In this document: in pieces, positions 44,090 to 54,540 of the stretch
How positions within the stretch are numbered: position 1 is the stretch's first letter
How the letters are laid out: each line of letters begins with the position of its first letter
Source of the DNA: an uncultured Verrucomicrobiae bacterium
GTDB lineage: Bacteria; Verrucomicrobiota; Verrucomicrobiia; Chthoniobacterales; UBA10450
DNA: 64,000 nt
Reading direction: 5' to 3'
Assembly: GCA_963726745.1 (NCBI GenBank)
Contig: CAVSDR010000003.1
Location: 416,001 to 480,000 of the forward strand
The notes under the pieces: model-generated
Told to the model about the DNA's origin: nothing
What the model saw: the letters and a program-made list of their open reading frames with translations, nothing else
The model's database searches: none
Translations under genes and position numbers: made by a program

Positions 44090-44269
44090 ATGACCGCGCT
44101 GCTTCTCCTTTCCCTGCCGCTGCTCTACCCGGCGATCCTCGGCGCCTTCCTCCTGCATCCAACCTTCCGCAAAGCGCGCGCCGGTCGCGCGCCGGAGAAA
44201 GCCGCGCCGCGCCTCGAGAAATCCAAGGTGGCGGCCCTCGACTTTGGCACGCTCGCGCCCACGCGCTAA
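44090..44269 (+). CDS. Small single-TM protein (59 aa, below the ORF-track cut-off)
   Basis: MTALLLLSLPLLYPAILGAFLLHPTFRKARAG...LAPTR*; fills the gap between co-oriented genes. Confidence 0.5.
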   Translation: MTALLLLSLPLLYPAILGAFLLHPTFRKARAGRAPEKAAPRLEKSKVAALDFGTLAPTR

Positions 44270-44278
44270 ACTGCCGGC

Positions 44279-44686
44279 GTGTCCACGCCGCTGAGGATCG
44301 CAACCAAGTCGGTCCATTCGCCGATCGCGCCGGAGACCGATGGCCTGCGCATCCTGGCCACACGCCTGCGCGGCCGCGGCCTGCCGAAAACGCGCTACCA
44401 CATCTGGATGGCTAATCTCGGCCCGAGCGAGGAATTGCTCGCCGCGCTCCGCGCCGGCACGATCTCCTGGCGGGAATTTAGCCAGCGTTATCGCGCGGAA
44501 TTATTCGAGGATGGCGCGGTCGACGCGCGCAACCGCACAATCAAGAATCACGGGCAAAAGTTCACCCTCCGCCTGCTCCAGGAGCTGGCCCGAACGCAGC
44601 CGATGACGCTGCTCTGCCATTGCCCGGAAGCGGAAACGCACTGCCACCGGCACCTCCTGCGCGCGCTGCTCCTGCGCCCGATCTAA
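44279..44686 (+). CDS. DUF488 (YeaO-like) protein
   Basis: DGLRILATR..GRGLPK, NLGPSEEL, EFSQRYRAE, TLLCHC.....HCHR. Confidence 0.85.
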   Translation: MSTPLRIATKSVHSPIAPETDGLRILATRLRGRGLPKTRYHIWMANLGPSEELLAALRAGTISWREFSQRYRAELFEDGAVDARNRTIKNHGQKFTLRLLQELARTQPMTLLCHCPEAETHCHRHLLRALLLRPI

Positions 44687-44689
44687 ATC

Positions 44690-44726
44690 AAAAAGGCGCG
44701 CCAGCCGAAGCCAGCGCGCCCTTTTT
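44690..44726. terminator. Bidirectional intrinsic terminator
   Basis: AAAAAGGCGCGC...GCGCGCCCTTTTT between convergent genes. Confidence 0.75.
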
Positions 44727-44747
44727 GCGAAAGCGAAGGATCGCTCG

Positions 44748-45242
44748 TTAGGAAACCGGCTTGATGCTCTTGACGATTTTGCCGACTTCTTCCTGGTGCT
44801 TCTTCTCGTCTTCCGAGGAGACCCAGTAGGTCAGGACCATGACCTTGTCCTTGAGCGGGACGAAAGTGATGCTGATGGAAGCAGGGCCATCCTCGTCCTT
44901 GCCCTGGAAGATCATCTCGGAGGCTTCGAGGCCGTTGATCTCGAACTTCTGTTCCTTCTTCGACTTTTCGTCGAGCTCGACCTTGTGCTCCTTGAGCATC
45001 GCGAAGGTGTCGTCGATCTCGGCGTTCATCCCCTTCTCGCTGCTCACCACCACCGCGGAAATGTAGACCGCGCCGTCCGCGCTCGTGCCGCCGATGCCGT
45101 TCTCGACGTCTTCCTGGTCCCAATCTTCCGGGAGCGTGATCGACGCCGCGGCCGAATCTTCGTCCGGCAGTTTGTAGGTTTTCGCGTCGGCCGAGACAAA
45201 AGCGGCCGTGAGGAGCAATACAGGAAGCAAGGACTTGAGCAT
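44748..45242 (-). CDS. Secreted acidic hypothetical protein
   Basis: Signal peptide MLKSLLPVLLLTAAFVSADA; strong codon bias. Confidence 0.75.
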   Translation of the reverse strand: MLKSLLPVLLLTAAFVSADAKTYKLPDEDSAAASITLPEDWDQEDVENGIGGTSADGAVYISAVVVSSEKGMNAEIDDTFAMLKEHKVELDEKSKKEQKFEINGLEASEMIFQGKDEDGPASISITFVPLKDKVMVLTYWVSSEDEKKHQEEVGKIVKSIKPVS

Positions 45243-45403
45243 GTGGATTGGTTGGTTGGTGAAGTTGGCCCGGTATCTACGTCGCGCCGGACGCAAGACA
45301 AGGAAGAATTGCGCCGGTTACCGGGAAAAATGTCCCTTTTGGCCGGCGCACTGCGCGTTGTTTAGAAAGGGCCGCTTTCCGCCCTTGCCACCCCATTCCT
45401 CCC

Positions 45404-47608
45404 ATGAAGACATTCCTCCTTCGCTTTGCTCTGCTGGCGCTGAGCGCGGCCACGCTTCTCGCCGCCACGCCTCCGCAACCTGCGGTCGTCCGCACCTCCA
45501 CCTGGGTGGGCGACGGCAGCACGAACTACAACAACGGCAACTGGAGCAGCTCCGCTCTCTGGAATCCCAGCACGGTCCCGAACAACGGCGGCGGCGATGT
45601 CTTCGATGTCACCATTCCCTGGGACCCGAACGGCCAGGTCTTCAACGGCCCCGAGGTCGACATCAATGTCACCATTCGCAACCTCACCCTGGTCAACCGC
45701 GTCTTTGTGGATTCGCAGGCGTTTCCCGGCACCAACCTCACGGTCACCGGCGCGACCGCCTTCACCGTTTCGCCCGATCGGCCGGGAGAATTTGCCGCCA
45801 TCTTCTGGCGTGGCGGCACGCTCCTCCTCGGCACCCTCATGAACTACGACGTCGCCACGCACACCTTCAACGACGCCTTCCTCCTCCCGCTCGGCGGTGC
45901 GACCATCGGCTTTCACAACGCCGACATCACGAAAAACAAAGGCACGATCATCATCCTCGGCGCGAGCTCGAAGCTGGTCGACCAGGACACAGGGCTGAAC
46001 GCCTTCCGCAACCTCGCGATCAACGAAGGCGGCTTGACCGTGGCCGATGGCTACAGCTTCACCACCGTGGGCGGATTGACCAACAATGGCGGGATCAGCG
46101 CCACCACCAGCAACGGCGCAACCTCGGTCTTCACGATCTCCGGCCCGCTGAGCAACTTCAACAGCACCACCAAAACCCTCACTGGCGGCTCCTACAACGC
46201 CGAAGTGACCGAGGTCCCCGGGACCGCGACCATCCGCTTCCCCGGCGCCGATATTCGCTTCCTCAATAACGCCAGCATCCGGGTCTTCGGCGCGGGCGCT
46301 TCCATCCAGGACCTCACGGGGTTGAACGCGCTGCGTAATCTCACCGGTCTGCAGGGCGGCAGCTTCAACAGCGGTGGACTGCTCACGATCACGCCCGCGG
46401 GCGGGACCTTTACGAACAATGGCACCTACCACACGATCGATTCCGGCGGCAACCTCACCATCGCCGGGGCCCACCACAGTGTCGACGCGACCACCGTGAT
46501 CGGGCCGCCGACCGACAGCGCCAACACCGTCCTGACGATCAACGGGCACTCCACGATCGAAGGCGGCGGCCTCGACTTCGGCGGCCAGCCGGGCGTGAAC
46601 ACGCAGTATCACAGCGAGCTCCATGTGATCAACGGGATCGAGTTCCGCGGCGCCTACCTCACGGGCACGGGCACGACTTTCGCCGATGTCGGCCTCATCC
46701 AGGGCTCGGTCTTCTCGCCCGGTCATTCGCCCGGCCAAATCAATCTCGTCGGGCAATTGACGGTCAGCTCCGATTCCACGCTCGAGTTCCAGCTCGCGGG
46801 CCACGACCCCGGGAGCGGCTACGACGTCCTCGTCCAGACCGGTCCGCAAAGCATTACCCTGGGCGGCCATCTCCACCTCTTCCTGCTCGACGGCTTCGAG
46901 ACGAGCATCAGCGGCACCGACACCTTTGAGATCGTCACCTCGGAGCATCCCATCCTGGGCGAGTTTGATAATGTGGCCAGCGGCGACCGCATCTCCACCG
47001 AAGACTCGTTAGGCAGCTTCATCGTCACCTACGCGGGCAACAATACCGTCACCTTGAGCGACTTTGTGCCCGCGCCCGTGCTCGAGAGCGCCGCCTCGCA
47101 AAAACTCCACGGCGGCCTCCCCTACAGCATTCCCCTTCCGCTTACGCCGCCCATCGGCGTGGAGGGCCGCAATAGCGGCGGGAGCCACCAAATCGTGTTC
47201 ACTTTTAACAACAATCTCGTCACCGGGAATGTCTCCCTGAGCGCGCCCAATGGCGGCACCGTCTCCGGCAGCCCCGTCTTCAACGGTGACACTATGACGG
47301 TCTACCTCACCGGCGTGGGCAACGCCCAGATCGTCACCCTCACGCTCACCGGAGTCACCGACGAAGCCGGCCAAATCCTCGCCGACACCGCCGTCAGCCT
47401 GGGCTTCCTCGTGGGCGACAGCAACGGTGACGGCATCGTCAATGGCGGCGACGCCATCCAGGTGCGCAACCGCGCCGGCGCCGTCGGGCCGCTCAACTTC
47501 CGCTCGGATGTGAACCTCGATAACCTCATCAATGCCGGCGATTCCATCGTCACGCGGAATGCCTCCGGCTCGACCATCTACCCACCCGCCACCAACAGCC
47601 GCCGATGA
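45404..47608 (+). CDS. Secreted beta-helix-like protein with C-terminal dockerin-like domain
   Basis: Signal peptide, G/N/T-rich repeats, SPGHSPG, duplicated GDSNGDGIVNGGD / SDVNLDNLINAGD. Confidence 0.8.
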   Translation: MKTFLLRFALLALSAATLLAATPPQPAVVRTSTWVGDGSTNYNNGNWSSSALWNPSTVPNNGGGDVFDVTIPWDPNGQVFNGPEVDINVTIRNLTLVNRVFVDSQAFPGTNLTVTGATAFTVSPDRPGEFAAIFWRGGTLLLGTLMNYDVATHTFNDAFLLPLGGATIGFHNADITKNKGTIIILGASSKLVDQDTGLNAFRNLAINEGGLTVADGYSFTTVGGLTNNGGISATTSNGATSVFTISGPLSNFNSTTKTLTGGSYNAEVTEVPGTATIRFPGADIRFLNNASIRVFGAGASIQDLTGLNALRNLTGLQGGSFNSGGLLTITPAGGTFTNNGTYHTIDSGGNLTIAGAHHSVDATTVIGPPTDSANTVLTINGHSTIEGGGLDFGGQPGVNTQYHSELHVINGIEFRGAYLTGTGTTFADVGLIQGSVFSPGHSPGQINLVGQLTVSSDSTLEFQLAGHDPGSGYDVLVQTGPQSITLGGHLHLFLLDGFETSISGTDTFEIVTSEHPILGEFDNVASGDRISTEDSLGSFIVTYAGNNTVTLSDFVPAPVLESAASQKLHGGLPYSIPLPLTPPIGVEGRNSGGSHQIVFTFNNNLVTGNVSLSAPNGGTVSGSPVFNGDTMTVYLTGVGNAQIVTLTLTGVTDEAGQILADTAVSLGFLVGDSNGDGIVNGGDAIQVRNRAGAVGPLNFRSDVNLDNLINAGDSIVTRNASGSTIYPPATNSRR

Positions 47609-48675
47609 GCTTCCGGATCAGTCGCTCCCTCAGTCAGGAAGAGCAGGACGCGCGTCCCTTCGTTCACCTCGAGGGCAGCGCGCCGGCTTCCGCGAGCGGG
47701 GCCGGTGAGGCACTCGAGCACTCCCGCCAGCCCGGCAACGCCAGTCTCGCCGCCGGTAATCCCGAGGCCCGCGAGCAGGCGCAACGCTTCCCGCGCGCGT
47801 GCATCGTCGAGCGCCACGAACGCATCGAAACCCGCGGAGACCAGCGGCCAGGCCACCTCGGAAACGCGGCCGCAATTTAGCCCGGCCATGATCGAGCGGT
47901 GCGGGCCAGGCACGGTCACGATCTCGCCCGCCTCGGCGGCCGCGAGCGCACACGCCGCCGTCAATGGCTCCACGCTCAGGAGCTGCGGGCGGTTGGCCCG
48001 GCCGGGCGCGCGGTAATGCCGCGCCACCGCGGCCGCGAGCGCGCCCACGCCGAATTGCACCGCCACCAAATCCGGCCCGCGTTCCCCGCGGCGCGCCAGC
48101 TCGTCGTCTATTTCCCAGAGGATCGTCGAGTAACCTTCCGCAACCCAGCGGGGCACCTCGGTGTAGCCCGGCCACGACGTGTCGGAAATCACCAGGCAAC
48201 GCGCGCTCGCCTCCTCGGCCGCGCGCGCGACCGCGTCGTCGTAGCTTCCGTCGACGATCGTCACCTCCGCGCCTTCGCCCGCGATCGCCTCGATCCGCGC
48301 GCGCGCCGTCCCTGCAGGCACAAAGATGTGCGCGCTCAATCCCAGCTGCGCCGCCCGGTGGGCCACCGCGCGGCCGTGATTCCCATCCGTCGCGGTCGCA
48401 AGCTTCTCCGGCCGGACCGCGCTCGCGCGCAAGGCCCGCTCGATCGCCCAGCTCGCGCCCAGGATCTTGAAAGCCGGCAGGCCCAGCCGGCTCGACTCGT
48501 CTTTCAAGAGCACCTGCCCCACCCCGAGCACCCGCGCCAGTTCCGGCAGCTCGCGCAGCGGCGTGGGCGCGTAGCCTTCCAGCCCGCGGTGGAACTCCAG
48601 CGCGGCGCGCGTGGGCGCGGCCTCCGGCGGAAGCGCGCGCTTCCTCTCGTTAGGCAAAAAACGCGCCGGCTCCAT
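47578..48675 (-). CDS. Diaminopropionate ammonia-lyase family PLP enzyme
   Basis: YAPTPL, KDESSRLGLPAFKILGA, TATDGNHGRAVA, SDTSWPGY, SIMAGLNCG, TEGATDP. Confidence 0.9.
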   Translation of the reverse strand: MEPARFLPNERKRALPPEAAPTRAALEFHRGLEGYAPTPLRELPELARVLGVGQVLLKDESSRLGLPAFKILGASWAIERALRASAVRPEKLATATDGNHGRAVAHRAAQLGLSAHIFVPAGTARARIEAIAGEGAEVTIVDGSYDDAVARAAEEASARCLVISDTSWPGYTEVPRWVAEGYSTILWEIDDELARRGERGPDLVAVQFGVGALAAAVARHYRAPGRANRPQLLSVEPLTAACALAAAEAGEIVTVPGPHRSIMAGLNCGRVSEVAWPLVSAGFDAFVALDDARAREALRLLAGLGITGGETGVAGLAGVLECLTGPARGSRRAALEVNEGTRVLLFLTEGATDPEAHRRLLVAGG

Positions 48676-48764
48676 CTTGCTGACTAATCGCACGCGCGCG
48701 TCCATCTTGCCGTCTACCGGGCGCACGGAACCTCGGGCCCCCGCGCGCACGAACCCATCCTGGC

Positions 48765-49940
48765 ATGACTACGCTCTTCGTCTTCGCGCTTGCGCTCTTC
48801 GCCACCATCCTCGTCTCCGCGCTGGCCGATCGCACCGTCCTCTCGGTCGCGGTTCTCTTTCTCCTCGCCGGCTTTCTTGCCGGCCCAGGCGTGCTCGGTT
48901 TCATCGGCAACAATCCCTCCGAGCCGATGGTGCAAAGCATCGCCATGTTTGCCCTTTGCAGCGTCCTTTTTACCGACGGGATGCGTGCCGGGATCGACGA
49001 TCTCCGCCGCGCCTGGCGCCTCCCGGGGCGCGCGCTCCTCCTGGGCCTGCCGCTCACGCTCCTCGCCACCGCCGGCCTCGGCTACCTGCTGGCCGGTTTG
49101 TCCTGGATGGTCGCGCTCCTCGTGGGCGCGATCCTTTCGCCCACCGATCCGGTTTTCGCGTCCGCGATCGTCGGCCGCAAGGACGTGCCCGAGCGCCTCC
49201 GCTTCCTGCTCAATGTCGAGAGCGGAGTGAACGATGGGCTCGCCCTCCCGATCGTGGTCGTGCTCCTGTCGATCATCGGGCACCAGGAGTTTTCCTTCCC
49301 GGAGCTCGGCGGCGAGTTGCTCCTTGGCGTTGCCATTGGCGTGATGCTCCCGCTGCTCGCCTGCTGGCTCGAGCGCCGGCGGATCTTCGAAGTCTCAAAG
49401 ACTTACGAGGCGCTGTTTGTTCTCTCGATCGGCCTCCTGGTCCTGACCCTGGCCCATCTCACCCACGGCAACGTCTACCTCGCGACCTTCGCCGCCGGCG
49501 TCACCATCGCGAGCGTGCGCCCCGACCTGCGCGATCACTTCCACGAGTTCGGCGAGCTCATCGCGGAACTCCTGAAGCTCGGCGCCTTGCTCCTCTTCGG
49601 GGCCATGATCACGCCTTCCTACTTCATCGGCATCGGCCTGGGCGGCTTTGTCTTCGCGGTCCTCGCGCTCATCCTCGCCCGCCCGGCGGGGCTCCTGCTT
49701 TCGCTCATCGGCAGCCAGCTCGACTGGCGGGAGCGCGTGACCGCCGCCTGGTTTGGGCCGAAAGGTTTCGCCTCCGTGATTTACGCCCTGCTCCTCTTTC
49801 AATATTACGTGCCCGATGCCGAGCGCGTCTTCCATCTCATCGCGGTCGTCATCACCGGCTCGATGATCGCGCATGCCTCCACCGATGTGCTCGTGGCCCG
49901 CTGGTTCGTTCGCGCGCGCGAGCGCGAGGCCGCTGCCTAA
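48765..49940 (+). CDS. CPA1/NhaP-type cation:proton antiporter
   Basis: LSPTDP, NVESGVNDG, WFGPKG; about 12 TM helices. Confidence 0.9.
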   Translation: MTTLFVFALALFATILVSALADRTVLSVAVLFLLAGFLAGPGVLGFIGNNPSEPMVQSIAMFALCSVLFTDGMRAGIDDLRRAWRLPGRALLLGLPLTLLATAGLGYLLAGLSWMVALLVGAILSPTDPVFASAIVGRKDVPERLRFLLNVESGVNDGLALPIVVVLLSIIGHQEFSFPELGGELLLGVAIGVMLPLLACWLERRRIFEVSKTYEALFVLSIGLLVLTLAHLTHGNVYLATFAAGVTIASVRPDLRDHFHEFGELIAELLKLGALLLFGAMITPSYFIGIGLGGFVFAVLALILARPAGLLLSLIGSQLDWRERVTAAWFGPKGFASVIYALLLFQYYVPDAERVFHLIAVVITGSMIAHASTDVLVARWFVRAREREAAA

Positions 49941-49951
49941 CGAGTCGCTGT

Positions 49952-50336
49952 CTATTTGACGTCGAGATCAAAAAAGACGCGCACATGGAAGCGTCCTTTT
50001 GGCGACGTCATCGGCGGCGGCGACTACGTTTTGCACGCTCGCGCCCACGGCGCGCACGGAGGCGTCAATCGCCGGGTAGCCCGAGGACTTTGCGATCCGG
50101 AAGCGGCGCACGCGTCCGTCGCGCTCGATCTCCACATCCACCGGCACCGAGACGCGTCCCGGCGGCGCGGAGACATCCCGCGGCTGGACCCATTCGCGGT
50201 AGAAGCGCTGGTGTAGGCGATGGCTATATTCGCTGTCCGCTTTGGTCTCGTAAGGGCTGGAACGGCGCCCGCTCGCGCATCCGGCGCAGAGAAAGAACGC
50301 TGCCAGCAGGGGGAGCCATCGGCTGCTTTTAGGCAT
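49952..50336 (-). CDS. TonB/TolA C-terminal domain lipoprotein (apparent frameshift near 50015)
   Basis: Lipobox CAGC, VEIERDGRV...I.KSSG...DAS; alternate frame gives PPMTSPKGRFHVRVFFDLDVK*. Confidence 0.65.
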
Positions 50337-50394
50337 GACTTACCTATGGACGACAACGCCGCGGCATGCCAACCATCCTTTGTCCCGTCCCGAC

Positions 50395-50835
50395 ATGCCC
50401 GACGCTTTCTCCTTCGATTATCACCTCGCGCTGACCAACCTCGCGCGCCTGCTCGCGGCTTTCGCCCTCGCCTTTCCGCTCGCCTGGGAGCGTTTGCAAT
50501 CCGATCGCAATCTCGGTCTGCGCACCTTCCCCATCGTGGCCGTGGCCAGCTGCGCCTACATGCTCATCGCGGTGAACATCGCCGGCGACGACAAGGAAGC
50601 GCTCATGCGCGGGCTTCAAGGCTTACTCGGCGGGATGGGCTTCATCGGCGGCGGGGCGATCTTAAAGGATCACGGGAACGTCCGCGGCCTGGCCACGGCG
50701 GCCAGTCTTTGGAGTACCGGGGCGATCGGCGCCGCGGTGGCCTTCCGTCGCCTGGAAATAGCCGTCCTTTTGGCGGTGGCGAACTTCGTTCTCCTGCGCG
50801 GTCTCAAACCGCTTAAGGATCGCGCCAGCGACTAG
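50395..50835 (+). CDS. MgtC/SapB family protein
   Basis: WER....LGLRTF, GMGFIGGGAIL, VRGLATAASLW. Confidence 0.9.
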   Translation: MPDAFSFDYHLALTNLARLLAAFALAFPLAWERLQSDRNLGLRTFPIVAVASCAYMLIAVNIAGDDKEALMRGLQGLLGGMGFIGGGAILKDHGNVRGLATAASLWSTGAIGAAVAFRRLEIAVLLAVANFVLLRGLKPLKDRASD

Positions 50836-50838
50836 GCT

Positions 50839-51544
50839 TTAGCCGAGGATCGGAACTTTCCGGAGCGTGCCGGTTTCCAGCGCCTCATACTGCGGCGCGG
50901 CCTTTGCCTCCTCGCGCGTGATTGTGAGGTAGGCGGTCGATTTTTCAGAGCTGAGCTCGCGCACTTGCGCTGGGGTCAACAGCACTTTCTTGCCTGGCCA
51001 CCAATCGCGCGTGTCCACAATCAGGGAAGCAACCGACCAATCGCGATCGTCGACTAACAAGTCCTCGACGTGACCGATGCCGCCATCCGTCGCCTCCACG
51101 GAATAGCCAGCAAGTTCACTCGCACTGCGCAGGTGCTGATTACGCATCGGTTCCGGGGAGTTCGGCCGTTTCCGGCGGTAACGGAAGGTCGGCATGCAGC
51201 CCAATCCACGGCGAGAGACTACCCCAGTAAGGATCAAGCGCGTAGTAATCGTGATAGGAGATTTCCTGCTGCTGCGAGACCGGTTGCTGCGTGGTCACTT
51301 CGGGTGCGTCGCGCACCTTATCCTTCGTTAGGTCCACTGCGAGCGCTTGCTGCTCGTCGCTGACCGCGCCGAGCGAGGCCGGCGGAATCAGAACCTCGCG
51401 CCCGAAGAGCCAGGCTCCGGTATTTACCACCACGTAGCGCAGGACCCACTCCCTCGAGTCGAGGTAAATATCGCGCACCTTGCCGATGTCGCCATCGCGA
51501 GCTGCGAGCGCGTAACCTTTCAGTGAGTTAACTGTGTGGAGCAT
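50839..51544 (-). CDS. Two-domain PRC-barrel protein (apparent frameshift near 51200)
   Basis: LKGYALAARDGDIGKV, YVVVNTGAWLFGREVLI; HLRSASELAGYSVEATDGGIGHV, WWPGKKVLL. Confidence 0.85.
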
Positions 51545-51598
51545 AAGAGCGTTGGCCGGAGTCTTGTTGGTCTGAGAAAATTAAGTTCTGGGGGGACC

Positions 51599-51632
51599 GC
51601 AGGTGATGACCGCCAAAGCAGTCACCACCTGC
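51599..51632. terminator. Hairpin downstream of the secreted PRC-barrel gene
   Basis: GCAGGTG-ATGAC...GTCAC-CACCTGC. Confidence 0.4.
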
Positions 51633-51646
51633 GTCGGGGGAATGCG

Positions 51647-52477
51647 TTACTTCTTCGCGGTCTGGTATTCCGCGGGTTGATGCCAGAAAGGTTCCACTCC
51701 GTAGTAGGTGTAAGTGGTCATGTTCCAGTTCTGGTCGTTAAACTCGGGCCACTTTTTGCCGTCAAAATGCGCGGCCTGGTCGAGCTTCATCTTATCGGTG
51801 TTAAGCACAAAGCCTTGCGTGTCTTTCTTGCTCTGGCGGATCAGATTCCATGGCACCGCGGTCAGCTTGTCGCCATCGGCCACGAAGCTGTCTTCCAGCG
51901 AAAGGATGCCATAGGCGACCTTGCCGGAGTTCGGGTGCATGAGCACGTCCTTAATCTCGCCGATAGCGGTCGCGTCTTGATTAAACAAATCCGCGCCGTT
52001 CACCTGGCTCAAGCGCACGAGCTTCTTTCCTTTGTGCGCGGTCAGGCCGTAGGACTCGTAATTCTTGTGGAACCAGCTATCGCCAAAGTCCGGCATGCTA
52101 TCCTTGCCGAATTGTTCGCTGCTGGTGAGCTTTGACTTCTCCACTTCCACCACAAAGCCGGGCGAATCGCTCTTACTCTGGTGGATCAAGTTCCACGGCA
52201 CGGCACTGAGTTTGTCGCCGATCCCGAGCCAGCCGCCGACGGAGACAATGCCATGCGTCATCCCACCGGTATTCTCGTCGAAGAGAATGTCCTGGATTTC
52301 ACCGATGTGCTCGCCTTTTTGATTAAATAACTTCGCGCCCATGATCTCGCTGCCCCGGATTAACTTACCCGAGAGCTTCTTTCCGTTGGACGCGGTTGTT
52401 GTGCTCTGCGCGAAGGCCACGCTGGTGCTGAACAACGCCGCCACGCAGAAGGTTGCTATCGTTTGTAGTCTTCTCAT
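51647..52477 (-). CDS. Secreted protein with two PRC barrels
   Basis: Signal peptide; repeated GA.LFNQ....IGEI.D, DKL.AVPWNLI.QSK.D..GFV. Confidence 0.85.
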   Translation of the reverse strand: MRRLQTIATFCVAALFSTSVAFAQSTTTASNGKKLSGKLIRGSEIMGAKLFNQKGEHIGEIQDILFDENTGGMTHGIVSVGGWLGIGDKLSAVPWNLIHQSKSDSPGFVVEVEKSKLTSSEQFGKDSMPDFGDSWFHKNYESYGLTAHKGKKLVRLSQVNGADLFNQDATAIGEIKDVLMHPNSGKVAYGILSLEDSFVADGDKLTAVPWNLIRQSKKDTQGFVLNTDKMKLDQAAHFDGKKWPEFNDQNWNMTTYTYYGVEPFWHQPAEYQTAKK

Positions 52478-52583
52478 CCGGCAAGCTAGGAAGCGGGAGT
52501 GAAGCGAAGGTTGCGGGAGGATTACAAACCGGAAAGGCACGGTGCATTTGCCCTTCATGCTTCCCGCCCGTTGATTACTTTTC

Positions 52584-53522
52584 GTGGGACATGACCATGC
52601 GCACGGCCTCGCGGCGAAAGGCATTCGCACCGCCTTTTTCCTTAACCTCGGGTTTACTCTCCTGGAAATAGCCGGCGGCTTCTGGACCAACAGCGTCGCC
52701 ATCCTGACCGATGCGCTGCACGATGGCGGCGACTGTTTCTCGCTCGGGCTGGCCTGGTATCTGCAACATCTTTCCGCGAAGGAAGCGGACGCGCGGTTCA
52801 CCTATGGCTACCGGCGTTTTTCGGTCATGGGTGCGCTCGTCATGGGTTTGGTCTTGTCGGCCGGCGTCGCGGTGATGGCTTGGAAAGCGATCGAACGCCT
52901 GCGCCATCCGGAGGAGGTCTTTGCGCCTGGCATGATTGTGCTCGCGGTCGTCGGCATCCTGGCCAATGGCGCCGCAGTCTGGCGCACGCGCGGTGGGAAA
53001 TCGCTCAATTTGCGCATGGTCAGCTGGCATCTGCTGGAAGACGCGCTCGGCTGGGCGGCCGTCCTTCTTGGCAGCATCGCGATGAGCCTGTGGCATGTGC
53101 CAATCCTCGACCCGTTGCTCTCGCTCGCGATCGGGCTGTTTGTTCTCTGGAATGTCGCGCGCAATCTGCGCACGGTCGTGACCGTCCTTCTGCAGCGCAC
53201 CCCGCACGGGTTCGATGCGGCCCGCTTTGCCGAGCGCATGCGCGCGCGCCCGGGCGTGGTCTCGACTCACCACACGCACACCTGGTCGCTCGATGGCGAG
53301 CACCACGTGCTCACGACGCACCTGGTCGTCCGACCGGAAACGACGCGCGCGGAAATCAACACGCTCAAGCAATCAGTGCGCGCCGAGATGATGGGCGAAG
53401 AGTTCGAACATGTGACCATCGACGTGGAAGTCGAGGGGGAGGAATGCAGCGGCTGCCACGGAGAAAGTGCCGCCTCCGCGCGCGAAGAAAAGCCGCAGAG
53501 CGGGCGCGAGCGACGTAGTTAA
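52584..53522 (+). CDS. Cation diffusion facilitator (CzcD-like)
   Basis: His-rich N-terminus, ILTDALHD, FTYGYRR, WHLLED, HTWSLDG. Confidence 0.92.
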   Translation: MGHDHAHGLAAKGIRTAFFLNLGFTLLEIAGGFWTNSVAILTDALHDGGDCFSLGLAWYLQHLSAKEADARFTYGYRRFSVMGALVMGLVLSAGVAVMAWKAIERLRHPEEVFAPGMIVLAVVGILANGAAVWRTRGGKSLNLRMVSWHLLEDALGWAAVLLGSIAMSLWHVPILDPLLSLAIGLFVLWNVARNLRTVVTVLLQRTPHGFDAARFAERMRARPGVVSTHHTHTWSLDGEHHVLTTHLVVRPETTRAEINTLKQSVRAEMMGEEFEHVTIDVEVEGEECSGCHGESAASAREEKPQSGRERRS

Positions 53523-53526
53523 AAAT

Positions 53527-54537
53527 ATGAAGCACGAAAAACGAAACCAGGTCGTCGTCATTACCGGAGCTTCCGCGGGCGTGGGTCGCGCGGCCGCGCA
53601 AGCCTTCGCGCGGCAAGGCGCGCGGATCGGTTTGCTGGCGCGCGGGCAGGCTGGGCTCGAGGGCGCGAAGCGCGATGTCGAGCGCCTGGGCGGCGAGGCG
53701 ATTATCCTGCAGGCGGACGTGGCCGATGCGGCGGCGGTCGAGCAGGCCGCGGCCACGGTGGAGGAGAAATTCGGCCCGATCGATGTCTGGGTAAACAACG
53801 CCATGTGCTCGGTCTTTTCGCCAATCAAGGAGATGACCGCGGAGGAATTCCGACGCGTGACCGAGGTGACCTACCTGGGCGTGGTTCACGGCTCGCTCTC
53901 GGCCCTGCGCCGGATGCTGCCGCGCGATCACGGCGTGATCGTGCAGGTCGGCTCGGCGCTGGCTTATCGCGGGATTCCGTTGCAAGGCGCCTACTGCGGC
54001 GCGAAGCACGCCATCCAGGGTTTTTGCGATTCGCTGCGCTGCGAGTTGTTGCACGATAAGAGCCAGGTCCGCGTGGTCATGGTGCAGATGCCGGCCCTTA
54101 ACACTCCGCAATTTAGCTGGGTCAAGAGTCGGCTGCCTAACCAGCCGCAGCCGGTCCCGCCGATCTTCCAGCCGGAGATCGCGGCCGACGCAATCGTTTA
54201 TGCGGCGCAGAATAACCGCCGCGAAGTCTACGTGGGCATGCCCGCCGTGGAGGCGATCGTCGGCGATAAGATCGCGCCTGGCCTGCTCGATCACTACCTC
54301 GCCGCGACCGGTTACAAAGGCCAGCAAACCGACAAGCCGGTGTCACCCAATCGTCGCGACAACCTCTGGGAACCAGTGGACCAGGAGCGCGACCACGGTG
54401 CGCACGGCAGTTTCGATGCGCGCGCCAGCAACTGGAGCGCGCAACTTTGGGCAAATAAAAACCGCCATTGGCTCGCGCTCGGCGCGCTGGGTCTTCTGGG
54501 CGCTGCCGCCGCGCTTTTCGCGTGCGACGACGACTAG
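53527..54537 (+). CDS. SDR family oxidoreductase
   Basis: VITGASAGVG, WVNNA, YCGAK. Confidence 0.92.
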   Translation: MKHEKRNQVVVITGASAGVGRAAAQAFARQGARIGLLARGQAGLEGAKRDVERLGGEAIILQADVADAAAVEQAAATVEEKFGPIDVWVNNAMCSVFSPIKEMTAEEFRRVTEVTYLGVVHGSLSALRRMLPRDHGVIVQVGSALAYRGIPLQGAYCGAKHAIQGFCDSLRCELLHDKSQVRVVMVQMPALNTPQFSWVKSRLPNQPQPVPPIFQPEIAADAIVYAAQNNRREVYVGMPAVEAIVGDKIAPGLLDHYLAATGYKGQQTDKPVSPNRRDNLWEPVDQERDHGAHGSFDARASNWSAQLWANKNRHWLALGALGLLGAAAALFACDDD

Positions 54538-54540
54538 GCG

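Noticed and set aside
45362..46948. Long antisense or alternate-frame ORFs (also 22255-23730, 48611-50332, 6368-7411)
   Set aside because: Shadows of real genes expected in GC-rich DNA; no independent motifs.
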